Of a stretch of DNA of 64,000 nt, positions 53,045 through 62,363 are shown one piece after another. Each line of letters opens with the position of its first letter. The first letter of the stretch is position 1. Position numbers and translations under genes: made by a program. The stretch spans positions 1 through 64,000 of the forward strand of contig CAVTUQ010000037.1 of the NCBI GenBank assembly GCA_963737905.1, written 5' to 3'. Below the pieces are notes generated by a model. It ran no database searches. It was not told the DNA's origin and was given only the letters and a program-made list of their open reading frames with translations. The stretch is from an uncultured delta proteobacterium (GTDB lineage: Bacteria; Desulfobacterota; Binatia; UBA9968).

Positions 53045-55081
53045 TCATTGCGCAGGAATGCATTTATGACTATTAGGACCCAGATAGCCGTTCCTGAGAT
53101 ATTCAGGAGTGAACCCGTAGTCCGAAGCGGGATTCGAACGGAGAGCCATAGTTTGAAGGTCTAGCAGCAGGTCCACGTTTTCATTGAAATAGAGCTCGTA
53201 CCACAAGATAAAACTCATCGCCTTCCAATTATTCTTGAGGCTCTGCTTTTGCGACAGATCAAGAAAGGGGTTGCTCGATCGATCGAGGATTGTCTCCATG
53301 ATGGCATGGTTATCCGCCTGGAAGCGTTCATAGGGAAAGGGAAACCCCATTTTCTTTTTCCTCCAGACCACGTCCTCGGGCAGAAGATCCTCCATGGCTT
53401 TACGAAGAATCCACTTCCGCCAGCCGTTGCGAATCAGATAAGTTACCGGCAAACGGAATGCCAGATCCGTAACCCTATAATCGAGGAGCGGGCAGCGACC
53501 TTCGATGGGCATTCCCATAACGACCTTATCGCCGGAGCAAAGCCAATAGGGCATGAGGAGACTAGTCATGTAGGCATGAAAAGCCTGGGAAGCGCTCATT
53601 GGGTACAGGGATCTCGGGAATCGTTTGCCTGTGAAGTAGAAGGGCCAACCCTCGGTGCGAAATCTCCTGACCAACTTTTGCGGAGCATATTGCTTGATAG
53701 CTTCCTTGCTCAGCGCAATAATCGGCGCTGAGAGAGAAGCGATCTTGCTGTTGGCCTCGGAATTGAGGAAGGCGTTGCGCAAATAGCGATCCATTCTTCC
53801 AGTCATCAGATTGTCTCTCTGATGGGACTGGAAATACACCCCGTAGCCGCCAAAGTTTTCGTCTCCGGCAGAACCGCTCAACAGAACTTTCGTTCCCGCC
53901 GCCCGCATATACGACCAAATAACTTGGCTGGTATGCATATTGGGCAAGTGGTACGGCTCCTCTTGCAGGTAGGTAAACGGCAGGATCTGGCACCAGAAGT
54001 TTTCGATGGGAGAATCAAGGACCCGGTAGTCCACGCGGTAACGTTGAGCTACGGACCGCGCGAAGGGTTCTTCGTTGTACTTCTCCTCAGGAAAGCGAAC
54101 CGTGTAACTGGTTATTTTGCCTGGGTAAACCTGCGCCGCGAGGGCAAGAACGACGGAGGAATCTAAGCCACCGCTCAATTCGACGCTTAGCGGCACATCA
54201 CAGCGGAGGCGGATTCGGACTGCATCTTCACACACCTCTCTGAGACGACGACAAGCTTCATCAACGGATATATCTTTTTCTCGCAGCCGTTCTTCAGGCA
54301 CCTTCCAGAATGTTGTGGAGTGGTTCGGAAAGCACTCATCGACCGTGCTCCACGAGCCTGAGGGCAGAGAATAGATTCCTTCAAAGCACGTGGTGAAATC
54401 CAAGTCCTTGATTTCATAGACCAGCCAGTCGGACGCGGAGGCTTCATTCACTCGCCGCCGGCGATAGATCTCGGGGACGCGAAGGAGAGCTTTGATCTCC
54501 GAAGCAAAATAGACCCGTGACCCAACCTTGGTCCAGTATAGGGGTCTCTGGCCTATCCGGTCACGACTCAATAGAATCGCGTGCTTCTTGGAGTCATAGA
54601 GGGCCAAGGCCCAGAAGCCGTTGAATTTCTCAAAGCAGTCTGTTCCCCAGTACTTGTAGGCAGCGAGCAGGACCTCCGTGTCGGACCGAGTGTGGAAACT
54701 AAACCCTTTTGCAATAAGCTCATCCCTTACTTCAACGTAATTATAGATCTCGCCATTGAATACCACGCAGTACTCTTGCTCCGGGTCGAAGAACGGTTGG
54801 TGTCCGCCTGAGGATAGATCAATGATGGAGAAACGCCGGTGACTCAGCCCGATGTTAAATCCATGAGCGGGCAATTCAGGTCTCAACATCGGAAAACGAC
54901 TTCGGATGTCCACCGGACTGGTCGGCCCCGAATAGTGCCGCAATCGCGAAGACGCCTGGTCAATCAAAACATAGCCCTCATCATCAGGGCCACGATGGGC
55001 GATCGCCTGATTCATAGCGAGAAGCAGCCCGGGCTCAACGGGCTTTCTATCTAGATCTATAATGCCGGCAATACCGCACAT
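53045..55081 (-). CDS. asnB: Asparagine synthetase-like amidotransferase
   Basis: MCGIAG, HRGPDD, FNGEIYNY, LSGGLDSS, KKKMGFP. Confidence 0.92.
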   Translation of the reverse strand: MCGIAGIIDLDRKPVEPGLLLAMNQAIAHRGPDDEGYVLIDQASSRLRHYSGPTSPVDIRSRFPMLRPELPAHGFNIGLSHRRFSIIDLSSGGHQPFFDPEQEYCVVFNGEIYNYVEVRDELIAKGFSFHTRSDTEVLLAAYKYWGTDCFEKFNGFWALALYDSKKHAILLSRDRIGQRPLYWTKVGSRVYFASEIKALLRVPEIYRRRRVNEASASDWLVYEIKDLDFTTCFEGIYSLPSGSWSTVDECFPNHSTTFWKVPEERLREKDISVDEACRRLREVCEDAVRIRLRCDVPLSVELSGGLDSSVVLALAAQVYPGKITSYTVRFPEEKYNEEPFARSVAQRYRVDYRVLDSPIENFWCQILPFTYLQEEPYHLPNMHTSQVIWSYMRAAGTKVLLSGSAGDENFGGYGVYFQSHQRDNLMTGRMDRYLRNAFLNSEANSKIASLSAPIIALSKEAIKQYAPQKLVRRFRTEGWPFYFTGKRFPRSLYPMSASQAFHAYMTSLLMPYWLCSGDKVVMGMPIEGRCPLLDYRVTDLAFRLPVTYLIRNGWRKWILRKAMEDLLPEDVVWRKKKMGFPFPYERFQADNHAIMETILDRSSNPFLDLSQKQSLKNNWKAMSFILWYELYFNENVDLLLDLQTMALRSNPASDYGFTPEYLRNGYLGPNSHKCIPAQ

Positions 55082-55088
55082 GGGGTAT

Positions 55089-55235
55089 CAGAGAGTCGAG
55101 GGTTGAGGGTAGAGTGTTAAGGGTCAAGAGACCAGAGACCGAGGACCGGGGACGGAAGCTGAGTGGACGAGGGCAACCAATAGCTTCCAGATTTACCAAT
55201 TTGCGAATTGCAGAATTTCGGATTTCGAATTTACC
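55089..55235. repeat. Heptamer tandem repeats
   Basis: GAGAGTC/GAGGGTT/GAGGGTA/GAGTGTT, GAGACCA/GAGACCG and TTGCGAA/TTTCGGA/TTTCGAA runs. Confidence 0.7.
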
Positions 55236-55281
55236 GCGGAAAATCTTCGTGTCCAAGCGCTGAGCGCTAAGCGACAAGAAG

Positions 55282-56061
55282 CTATAGGAAACGTTCGAGA
55301 TACTCCGGGATGTAGTTCCGTTTCTTGTTCAAAACGACTCCCAGTATCATGACCCCTGTGGATTCGAGATCTTTGCGAATTTTTCGCGCCACTTCAATTT
55401 TCGTGCGTTCCGCTTCCACCACCAATATGACGCCGTCCATTTTCCCGGCCAAGAAAGAGGACTCAGAATAGTCCCTCAGCGGGGAGCCATCAAAGATGAT
55501 GAAATCGAATTTTTCGCGCAGCGCGGACAACATGGCAACGATCGGTTCACTGTCAAACATATAGGAAGGAGATGTGACCGCCTTACCGCAAGGCATAAAA
55601 GACAGATTCGGTATATCCGTCTGGTAAATGGTTTGATCCAACGGGGCCTCGGCTAGAACCTTATCCGACAGTCCCATGAGCTTGGAACCCTGACCTGGCT
55701 CGAAGACCTCGTCCAGCGCCGGGGTCCTAAGGTTTGCGTCTACGAGCAAAATTTTTGAAGTCCCCGATCTAGCGAGGGTCGAGGCTAGTATGGCGGCGGT
55801 CGTCGTTCCCCCTTCCCCATGATCCGTTGCCGCCACCATGACTACCTTGGTGGCGCCATGCTTGGAGTTCGGCAGAAGGTGGCGACGAAGTCGATGATAT
55901 TGTTCCTCGACATAGGGGTCCAGATCAAAGTCGATTTTGATCGGGCGCGCTTTATCTTTGAAAACACTCAATGCGCTGAAGTTGACGCCGCGCCGTTTTT
56001 GCTGTTTTTGGCTTTTCGACTCCGCTTCCGCTTTAATCAGCGCATCAAATGTTTTACTCAC
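55282..56061 (-). CDS. CpsD/CapB-family BY-kinase domain, probable pseudokinase
   Basis: GEGGTTT (Walker A lacking Lys), LLVDANLR, IIFDGSP, ILGVVLN. Confidence 0.85.
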   Translation of the reverse strand: MSKTFDALIKAEAESKSQKQQKRRGVNFSALSVFKDKARPIKIDFDLDPYVEEQYHRLRRHLLPNSKHGATKVVMVAATDHGEGGTTTAAILASTLARSGTSKILLVDANLRTPALDEVFEPGQGSKLMGLSDKVLAEAPLDQTIYQTDIPNLSFMPCGKAVTSPSYMFDSEPIVAMLSALREKFDFIIFDGSPLRDYSESSFLAGKMDGVILVVEAERTKIEVARKIRKDLESTGVMILGVVLNKKRNYIPEYLERFL

Positions 56062-56100
56062 AGTGTGCTCCCGGTGTTATTGTATCGATTTAGAAGAGAC

Positions 56101-56188
56101 CTCACCGCGGAGACGCTGAGGGCGCAGAGCAGAAGTTTTCATTAAAAAATACTCCGAACTCTGCGTGCTCTGTGTCTCTGTGGTGAAT
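56101..56188. repeat. AGAG-family REPIN
   Basis: TCACCGCGGAGACGCTGAGGGCGCAGAG / CTCTGCGTGCTCTGTGTCTCTGTGGTGA. Confidence 0.8.
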
Positions 56189-56252
56189 CTTCTTTCACAG
56201 TGGCGTCCCCTTCGACGGAGTCTTTCATCCTGAAATTTCAAAGACGTTCCTG

Positions 56253-57779
56253 TTAAATGTTTTCTTCTGCAGAGATTTGGCGCACAGGACGTAGATCCCC
56301 ATAGTATTGGATGGTAGCTAAAACCGGCAGGCCGATCTGTTCCTCTATGTCGGCCTCGTTCCGTAACGTCTTGTTGAGGTATTCCATACCGAAAGCCGCC
56401 GCCACGGCTACTCCCATAGACAAAACGATGGCCACCGCCATCAACAGAAGCGCACTTTGATCCGCGCGCGGGAGCGGGAGCGAAGCTCGCTCTAGGATAT
56501 AGGCATTGCCGAATTTTCGCTCGTCCATGGCATCGGAGATGCGGGCCTCTTCGGCTTTTTTCTTGTAAAGGTCGAGGTTTTCTTTCTTGGCATTGACATC
56601 GCGCAGCAGGCGGTCGTACTCAAATCCCTTCCGCCTTTTATCGGCGGCTCCCGCTGAGTAGGTTTCCACTTGCCGCGTCAGAGCGATTTTCTTTTCGTTT
56701 AAGGAGCGAAGCAGAACCCGCGCCTGAAGCAACTCGTTTAGAATCCTGCGGTATACTTCATTGATGCTGATGTTTTCTGATCCAACGGAGGTTTCTTTAA
56801 CAGTTGCTATTTTTTTCTTCAGCTCTTCGATTTCCGACTCTTTGTCTTTCACCAGGCGATCATCTGCGGTGTAGCGTTGCAGGAGACCATCTCTCTCTAA
56901 TTCTAGTTGCGTGAGCCTAGTCCGAATCTGCTGGTACACGGGGTTGATAGTTATGCTCGTACTCGAAGAAACCGTCGCCTTTTGTTGCTTAAGCTGGTCA
57001 TCGAGAGTCGCTACTCTTTGTTCGGTCTCTTTAATCAAAGAATCTGTATCCTTTAAGCCTCTTTCAGACGCTGACAATGCCGTCAGATCCGCCTTAACTT
57101 CCTCTGGGGCGTCGATGATGTTCTCTTTCTGCTGGAAGGCCTTCAACACCTCTTCGCCCTTAATTAACTCAACGCGGAGTTTTTTTTCCTGCTCATCATA
57201 AAACTCCTCGATGCCCTGAGTTTTACGCACTCTAATCTGCTGCTCCAGATAAAGCTCAGCGGCCCGATTAACCATGCTTACCGCCCATTCGGGTTTATAA
57301 ACAGTCGTGACACTGATCTGAATAAGGTTAGTGCCCCGAATCGCCGTCGCCGTCAAAAGACCTTTCAGTCGACGGGCGTCGCGGCGGATTTCCATTTCGC
57401 TACGCTGATTACCAATGTTCTCATCGGGGAATGGGATGTCCGCCGCCAGGCGTTCAGCCAGTTCAGGGCTTTTGATGATTTGAATTTCCGTATTGATCAT
57501 TTCAGGCGACGGAAACAGGTTGACGCTGTTTTGGCCGCCTGTGGGAGACAGATTGAGAAACTCTCGGCTGGGGTTAATCAGTACCTTAACCGACGCAAGA
57601 TAGTGGGTGGAGCGAAACAACAAATAGAGAAACATGGGGACAATCAGCGAAATAAAAACCACACAGATCAGTCGCTTGTGCTTAAAAAGAACGTAAAGAA
57701 TCCGCCTAGGCGGGTCCTCATATGCTTGAGGAGCCTCTAGGAGCGGAATTTCTTTACCTTCTATCTGAACGAAATCCAT
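56253..57779 (-). CDS. Polysaccharide co-polymerase (Wzc/GumC membrane and coiled-coil part)
   Basis: Two TMs flanking a coiled coil; NTEIQIIKS; IEEQIGLPVLATI. Confidence 0.88.
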   Translation of the reverse strand: MDFVQIEGKEIPLLEAPQAYEDPPRRILYVLFKHKRLICVVFISLIVPMFLYLLFRSTHYLASVKVLINPSREFLNLSPTGGQNSVNLFPSPEMINTEIQIIKSPELAERLAADIPFPDENIGNQRSEMEIRRDARRLKGLLTATAIRGTNLIQISVTTVYKPEWAVSMVNRAAELYLEQQIRVRKTQGIEEFYDEQEKKLRVELIKGEEVLKAFQQKENIIDAPEEVKADLTALSASERGLKDTDSLIKETEQRVATLDDQLKQQKATVSSSTSITINPVYQQIRTRLTQLELERDGLLQRYTADDRLVKDKESEIEELKKKIATVKETSVGSENISINEVYRRILNELLQARVLLRSLNEKKIALTRQVETYSAGAADKRRKGFEYDRLLRDVNAKKENLDLYKKKAEEARISDAMDERKFGNAYILERASLPLPRADQSALLLMAVAIVLSMGVAVAAAFGMEYLNKTLRNEADIEEQIGLPVLATIQYYGDLRPVRQISAEENI

Positions 57780-57819
57780 GAGTTTTCCTTTCTCACGAAG
57801 AAAGAAAGATTCTCAAATC

Positions 57820-58572
57820 TCAGCTACCTCTGTAGGCGCCATAGCCAATCATTTCAGATGGAAGAATATCACGCAAATGTTGCTTGACCCACAAATCAGC
57901 CCGGCCAATCCCTGACATCGGAACATATAAGACATCATTGGTCACAAGGGTAATCTTCTCAGGCACGCCGTTCTCCAAAGATTGATTAGTATTGATGCGA
58001 CCTACTATCGGTTCCAGCCCGCCGGTATCGCGAATCAGGATCACGCTGTCCTTCTGAGCATCGTCAGTAAATCCACCGCGTTCAAAAATCGCTTGCACAG
58101 GGGTCATTTCCCCTCTGAATTCAACAATGCCTGGTGTTCTTACCTGGCCACCCACATATACCCTTCGCGGCGCAAATTGCGTAACGGTTACGATGACCTC
58201 AGGGTTTCTTAACCTCTTGGAGCTCTTCGCCGCGATTTCTTTGCCCAACTCTTCAGGAGTAAGACCGGCAGCACGAACGGAACCGACGCCGTCTAAAGTG
58301 ATGTTTCCGTCAGGACGAACAGAAACGGGCGCCTTAGGGTCTTGTTCCGGATGATAAGTGAATCTGACCATGATTAAGTCATAAGGAACCATTTTATATG
58401 TCTGCTCGGTCGGCAGAGGATCTTTAACCGGTGCTGCGCGAAGCTGTTCAGGATTAATTTCGGGAATGTGGGCGACGGGGTTGGAGCATGCGACGATTAC
58501 CAGAAAAGCTACAAGTAAAATGTCTTGCGACTTGAAGTTTTTTTTAAAGGACATTACCTTCGTTATCTCCAT
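57820..58572 (-). CDS. wza: Polysaccharide export lipoprotein (Wza/OPX)
   Basis: Lipobox VACS, VRPDGNITL..VG...AAGLT, VYVGGQVRTPG. Confidence 0.9.
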   Translation of the reverse strand: MEITKVMSFKKNFKSQDILLVAFLVIVACSNPVAHIPEINPEQLRAAPVKDPLPTEQTYKMVPYDLIMVRFTYHPEQDPKAPVSVRPDGNITLDGVGSVRAAGLTPEELGKEIAAKSSKRLRNPEVIVTVTQFAPRRVYVGGQVRTPGIVEFRGEMTPVQAIFERGGFTDDAQKDSVILIRDTGGLEPIVGRINTNQSLENGVPEKITLVTNDVLYVPMSGIGRADLWVKQHLRDILPSEMIGYGAYRGS

Positions 58573-58868
58573 TGCCGTGCCCCTCTTAGATCAAATTAAC
58601 TTTACATGTTCAAGTTCCGAAATCCTAGTCACCATAGTGACTAGCGCCGCAGCCGTAACCAAGAAAAAATGGATGGCACCATCAAGGCACAACGACCATG
58701 AAGAAAGAACAATTTAACCGAAAAGAGCGCAAAGGAAAAAATGTGGGGGCAGTGTTTCGACCCTTGATCCTCGACCCTCCACTCGACTGAAATCTTCTGA
58801 AAGATATAGCTCCGCCCATAGGTATTTTACCCTTCTTTTTGGATCACGCCGAACGGATGGGAGTTGTT

Positions 58869-59432
58869 TCAGCTCACGGCTGAAAACAAGCCCGATCCTA
58901 TATTGGTAGCTGGTGGCTTGAGCCCAACCCACTCGCCTTTAATGAATTCAACGCCCAACTTCACGCTGATCTGCCGGCTCAACAGCTTCAAGAGAATCTT
59001 GACGCGGCCTTTAGCGTCGGGGGGGTCTTGGATGATTGCCATCAAACCATCAAAGGGCCCACCACGGATCTCGATCTCCTGTCCCGGCCGTAGCTCCGAG
59101 CGGGCCTTAATCAAGCCGTCAGCATCAGTCTGTTGCTTGAGAAAAGCTACCACTCTTTCGTCGAGCGGGACCGGCGTATCGCCGAAACTGACGAGCCGTT
59201 TCACTCCCGGCGACCAACTCACATAATGAAATTCCGTCGGGAGGTGAATCCGGACAAAAAGATAATTAGGAAAAAGCGGTATGATTCGCTTTCTTTTTTC
59301 GGCTACTCTGACAAGATCAAGGCGAGGAAAAAAAACATCGAGATTTTTCATGCGCAGATGAAATTGCGCTTGTTCCTCCTTATGTGGTTTACTATAAACC
59401 ACATACCAGTCCCGTTGTATGTCGTCTTCCAC
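58869..59432 (-). CDS. RfaH/NusG-paralog transcription antiterminator
   Basis: WYVVYSKPHKE, PLFPNYLFV, PGVKRLVSFG, KOW motif GPFDG. GTG 59432 is preferred because a sigma54 site overlaps ATG 59486. Confidence 0.9.
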   Translation of the reverse strand: MEDDIQRDWYVVYSKPHKEEQAQFHLRMKNLDVFFPRLDLVRVAEKRKRIIPLFPNYLFVRIHLPTEFHYVSWSPGVKRLVSFGDTPVPLDERVVAFLKQQTDADGLIKARSELRPGQEIEIRGGPFDGLMAIIQDPPDAKGRVKILLKLLSRQISVKLGVEFIKGEWVGLKPPATNIGSGLFSAVS

Positions 59433-59475
59433 CCTGCAACTCTGCAAAAATGGGTTAACCATTAGGGACTTCGCA

Positions 59476-59490
59476 GCAAGTGACATACCA
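59476..59490 (-). promoter_or_regulatory. sigma54 (-24/-12) promoter of the EPS operon
   Basis: Minus strand TGGTAT-GTCAC-TTGC preceded by ~240 bp of AT-rich upstream sequence. Confidence 0.72.
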
Positions 59491-59924
59491 AACAGACAAA
59501 ATCTTACTTAAGGCCTTAATAGATAAAGAGATTTCCAGCATAGACTAAAAATTCTACGCGGATATTATCAACAATAAATCTGCCAGTGTTGGCCGGTTGA
59601 ATATAAAAGATAATGATTTGGATCTTAAGAGATTGGGCCATTATTGGCTGATCAGCCAATAATGGCAGATATTTCTTCCTCAATTATTTGTTTCGAAAAT
59701 ATTAAATCATTAATACAATCGGAAAATTATACACTGCGGAGGCACGGAGCGGCTCCCGCCGCAACCAAACTCGGAATATCTCGCTCAAACAGGGATTTGC
59801 TCGCGCCAAGACGCCAAGCACGCCAAGTCCGGAAGTTTGATTTCTTTGCACTGGCCTTTGCGTCTCCTTTGAAAATACGAGGGGTGGAGGGCCTCGGTCA
59901 GTCTTAGTACGACTCCTCGATTGC

Positions 59925-60020
59925 GTCATTCCAGCATGGAGTGCTGGAATCCAGGCTGACATGGATGTTTCCGGACGCGTCCTTGCAAACCTGGATGCCG
60001 GCTATCCATGCCGGCATGAC
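59925..60020. repeat. GTCAT-family REPIN (two inverted palindromic units)
   Basis: GTCATTCCAGCATGGAGTGCTGGAATCCAG and CTGGATGCCGGCTATCCATGCCGGCATGAC. Confidence 0.8.
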
Positions 60021-60164
60021 GAAGATGTGTATTTTCATGTCCTGTGGACGAGCGTAAGATCATGAATCACTCCGTGCTGAAGATAGAAAGAAAGCCACGG
60101 TTAAAGAAAAAACTTGCAGGATTCGGCTTATTTGACCTATGTTATTTCACTGGAGGTTTCGTGC

Positions 60165-61109
60165 ATGCAGTACAAAACTTTGGGACGAACGGGGTTACGG
60201 GTTAGTGTCGTAGGTCTTGGTACGATGGTTCACGCGGGCCATTTTGGCCCCATGAAGGATTCGGAGTCACTAAGCGCTATCGATGCTGCGCTCGAGCTAG
60301 GCGTCAACTTTATTGATACTTCCGACGCTTATGGAGCCGGATACTCCGAAGCCTTGCTGGGAAAAACCTTGCAGGGAAGACGAGATAAAGTCATCCTCGC
60401 CACCAAGGGCGGAAATGTCATGGTCGGGCCGGAGCGGGGCAAGAGAAACTTTGCGGCCGCTTACATCGGCCGCGTCCTTGAAGAAAGCCTCAAACGGTTG
60501 CAGACCGACTGCATCGATCTCTACCAGCTTCATAATCCCACGGTCGATGTCATCGAACACGGGGAAGTCTGGGGGGTCCTCGATAGAGCCAAAAAAGCAG
60601 GCAAGATTCGTTACTACGGCGTTTCCATCAATACCATCGACGAAGGTATCGCCGCGGTTAAAGACGGGCGGTCCGACACGATACAGCTGGAGTACAATCT
60701 CTTGGCCCAAGAACCGGCGGAAAAGATTTTCCCGCTTGCACAGGAAGCCAACGTCGGCATCATCGCCCGCATACCGCTCCGGCGGGGGGTGCTCACCGGG
60801 AAGATGACTATGGCCGATGAGCAAAGATTCCAGGGAGAGGACGTCCGGGCGCGGAGCTACAAGGGCGAGGCCTTCGCAAAAGAGCTGGCGAAGGCGGAAC
60901 AACTGCGTTTCCTTGTGCACGGGCCGGTGAAGAGTCTGGGACAAGCCGCCATCGCCTTCTGTGTCGCCCATCCCGCCGTGAGTGTCACGATTCCCGGCGC
61001 GCGCAATGAGTCGCAGATGCGCGAGAACGCGGCCGGCGCCGATGTTACGCTGCCGGCGGAGGATCTGGCGAAGGTGGCGGATCTCTGGCGCCGCGGCTTT
61101 GCAGCCTAA
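60165..61109 (+). CDS. Aldo/keto reductase
   Basis: LGRTGLRVS, FIDTSDAYG, SLKRLQTDCIDLYQLH, IPGAR; GGAGG Shine-Dalgarno. Confidence 0.93.
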   Translation: MQYKTLGRTGLRVSVVGLGTMVHAGHFGPMKDSESLSAIDAALELGVNFIDTSDAYGAGYSEALLGKTLQGRRDKVILATKGGNVMVGPERGKRNFAAAYIGRVLEESLKRLQTDCIDLYQLHNPTVDVIEHGEVWGVLDRAKKAGKIRYYGVSINTIDEGIAAVKDGRSDTIQLEYNLLAQEPAEKIFPLAQEANVGIIARIPLRRGVLTGKMTMADEQRFQGEDVRARSYKGEAFAKELAKAEQLRFLVHGPVKSLGQAAIAFCVAHPAVSVTIPGARNESQMRENAAGADVTLPAEDLAKVADLWRRGFAA

Positions 61110-61110
61110 G

Positions 61111-61235
61111 CAGGCTGCTGAAAAACCTCATATGCTTCGTTGCGTTCGACCGATTTCGCGTCAACGTACAAGAAGAGTACGCCTCCGCTCATCGATCTTC
61201 GCGCGCCTCGCCTCTGAAGCTTTTTGAGCAGCCTG
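61111..61235. mobile_element. 125-bp MITE with 15-bp terminal inverted repeats
   Basis: CAGGCTGCTGAAAAA ... TTTTTGAGCAGCCTG (14/15 match). Confidence 0.7.
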
Positions 61236-61260
61236 TATTTCAGTAGCTCTGCGACTTGTA

Positions 61261-61508
61261 TTAACCACAAAGAGCGCAAAGGTCACAAAGTCGAAAGAGT
61301 CCAGAGCCGGAAATTAGCCGAAAAAAAACGGACTGTAAGACGACCGGCAGTCTCGCTCCTGGGTTCAAAAGGTCGACCCTCAGAAATTTGCGTAGCGGCC
61401 AAATTTTTAGACACTACGAATCCGGCGACGGCCGGTCGCCCCCACATCTTTTGCGTTCTTTGCGTTCTCTGTGGTTAAGTTTTTCTTTGGTTGCGGCTTC
61501 GCCGCGGG
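61261..61508. repeat. Nested repeat: CAAAG-family REPIN enclosing a degenerate GTAG-type REPIN, ending in a GCGGC hairpin
   Basis: TTAACCACAAAGAGCGCAAAGGTCACAAAG / CTTTTGCGTTCTTTGCGTTCTCTGTGGTTAA; inner CGACCGGCAGTC / GACGGCCGGTCG; then TTGGTTGCGGCTTCGCCGC. Confidence 0.75.
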
Positions 61509-61997
61509 CTAGAACTCGTCCTGGAAAATTCCTCTCTGACCGCGGGCTTCTTCGACGGCAACCTCCATATAGCGGATCTTGGCCGGGAAATTTTGCCGCA
61601 CCTTGCGTTTGATTTGGCCGGCAATGTATTCCGCCAACAACTCCGTGCTGGTGTTGGCGATCGGCAAAAGAATGACGTCTCCTCGCGGCAAGAGAAGCTT
61701 TTGCTTCTTGTAGATTATCTCGACCGCTTGCGCACTTTTACGCACCTGAATCGCCGCGCTGCTACTCTGTATCAAAGTACGATGATCGAGAGCGTCGCAG
61801 ACTTGTTTGACCAACGGCTTGAAAGTGATGAAGTCCAAGACGACACCCGCGCGATCCAATTCACCTTCCATGGCAACGGACACTTGATAGTTGTGTCCAT
61901 GCAGGGGCTCCCGCCGACCGTTAGCAAAGATCAAAAAGTGCGCCGATGCGAAGTTGAAATAATCTTTAGCGACTTCGATGCTGAAACGACGTGACAT
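61509..61997 (-). CDS. queD: 6-pyruvoyl/6-carboxy-tetrahydropterin synthase family protein
   Basis: FASAHF, EPLHGHNY, LDH, NTSTELLA. Confidence 0.85.
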   Translation of the reverse strand: MSRRFSIEVAKDYFNFASAHFLIFANGRREPLHGHNYQVSVAMEGELDRAGVVLDFITFKPLVKQVCDALDHRTLIQSSSAAIQVRKSAQAVEIIYKKQKLLLPRGDVILLPIANTSTELLAEYIAGQIKRKVRQNFPAKIRYMEVAVEEARGQRGIFQDEF

Positions 61998-62039
61998 GAG
62001 CGGGAGGGTACTCAAAAGCCCGAGTGCTTTCAAGGAGGA

Positions 62040-62143
62040 CGAGTGACAAGTGTCGAGTGTCGAGTGTCGAGTGAGACGTGAGGGTCGAGGGATGAGGGTC
62101 GAGTGGGATTCAGGTTTCAGGTGTCGGGTTTCAGGTGTCAGGG
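62040..62143. repeat. Heptamer tandem repeats (GAGTGTC, CAGGTTT types)
   Basis: GTGTCGAGTGTCGAGTGTCGAG..., TTCAGGTTTCAGGTGTCGGGTTTCAGGTGTCAGG. Confidence 0.8.
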
Positions 62144-62174
62144 CTAAGCCCGCAAGAGAGACCCGCGCAAAGAA

Positions 62175-62280
62175 AGAATCGGAGAATACTTACCGCGGAG
62201 GCGCTGAGGTCGCGGAGTAAAGAGTTCTTGGCAAAAACATTCTCCGATCTCTGCGAACTCTGCGTCTCTGTGGTGAAATT
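62175..62280. repeat. AGAG-family REPIN
   Basis: TACCGCGGAGGCGCTGAGGTCGCGGAG / CTCTGCGAACTCTGCGTCTCTGTGGTGA. Confidence 0.8.
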
Positions 62281-62363
62281 TCCAGCGGGAAACTTTTCTT
62301 AGATACTTAACACGATTCTCTTGCAAGTAAGAACAGGACGCGTTAGGTCACGGGACAGCAAAG

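Noticed and set aside
58807-58816. ops-like site GGCGGAGCTA (minus strand) downstream of the rfaH-like gene
   Set aside because: Position is suggestive, but it lacks the T and TG of GGCGGTAGnnTG; too weak to call.
12527-59432. PEP-CTERM/exosortase system
   Set aside because: Gene content is reminiscent (AsnB, FemAB-like, sigma54), but no exosortase or PEP-CTERM tail is visible.
60297-60971. 224-aa antisense ORF over the aldo/keto reductase, and similar shadow ORFs
   Set aside because: Codon-bias shadow of a well-supported gene.
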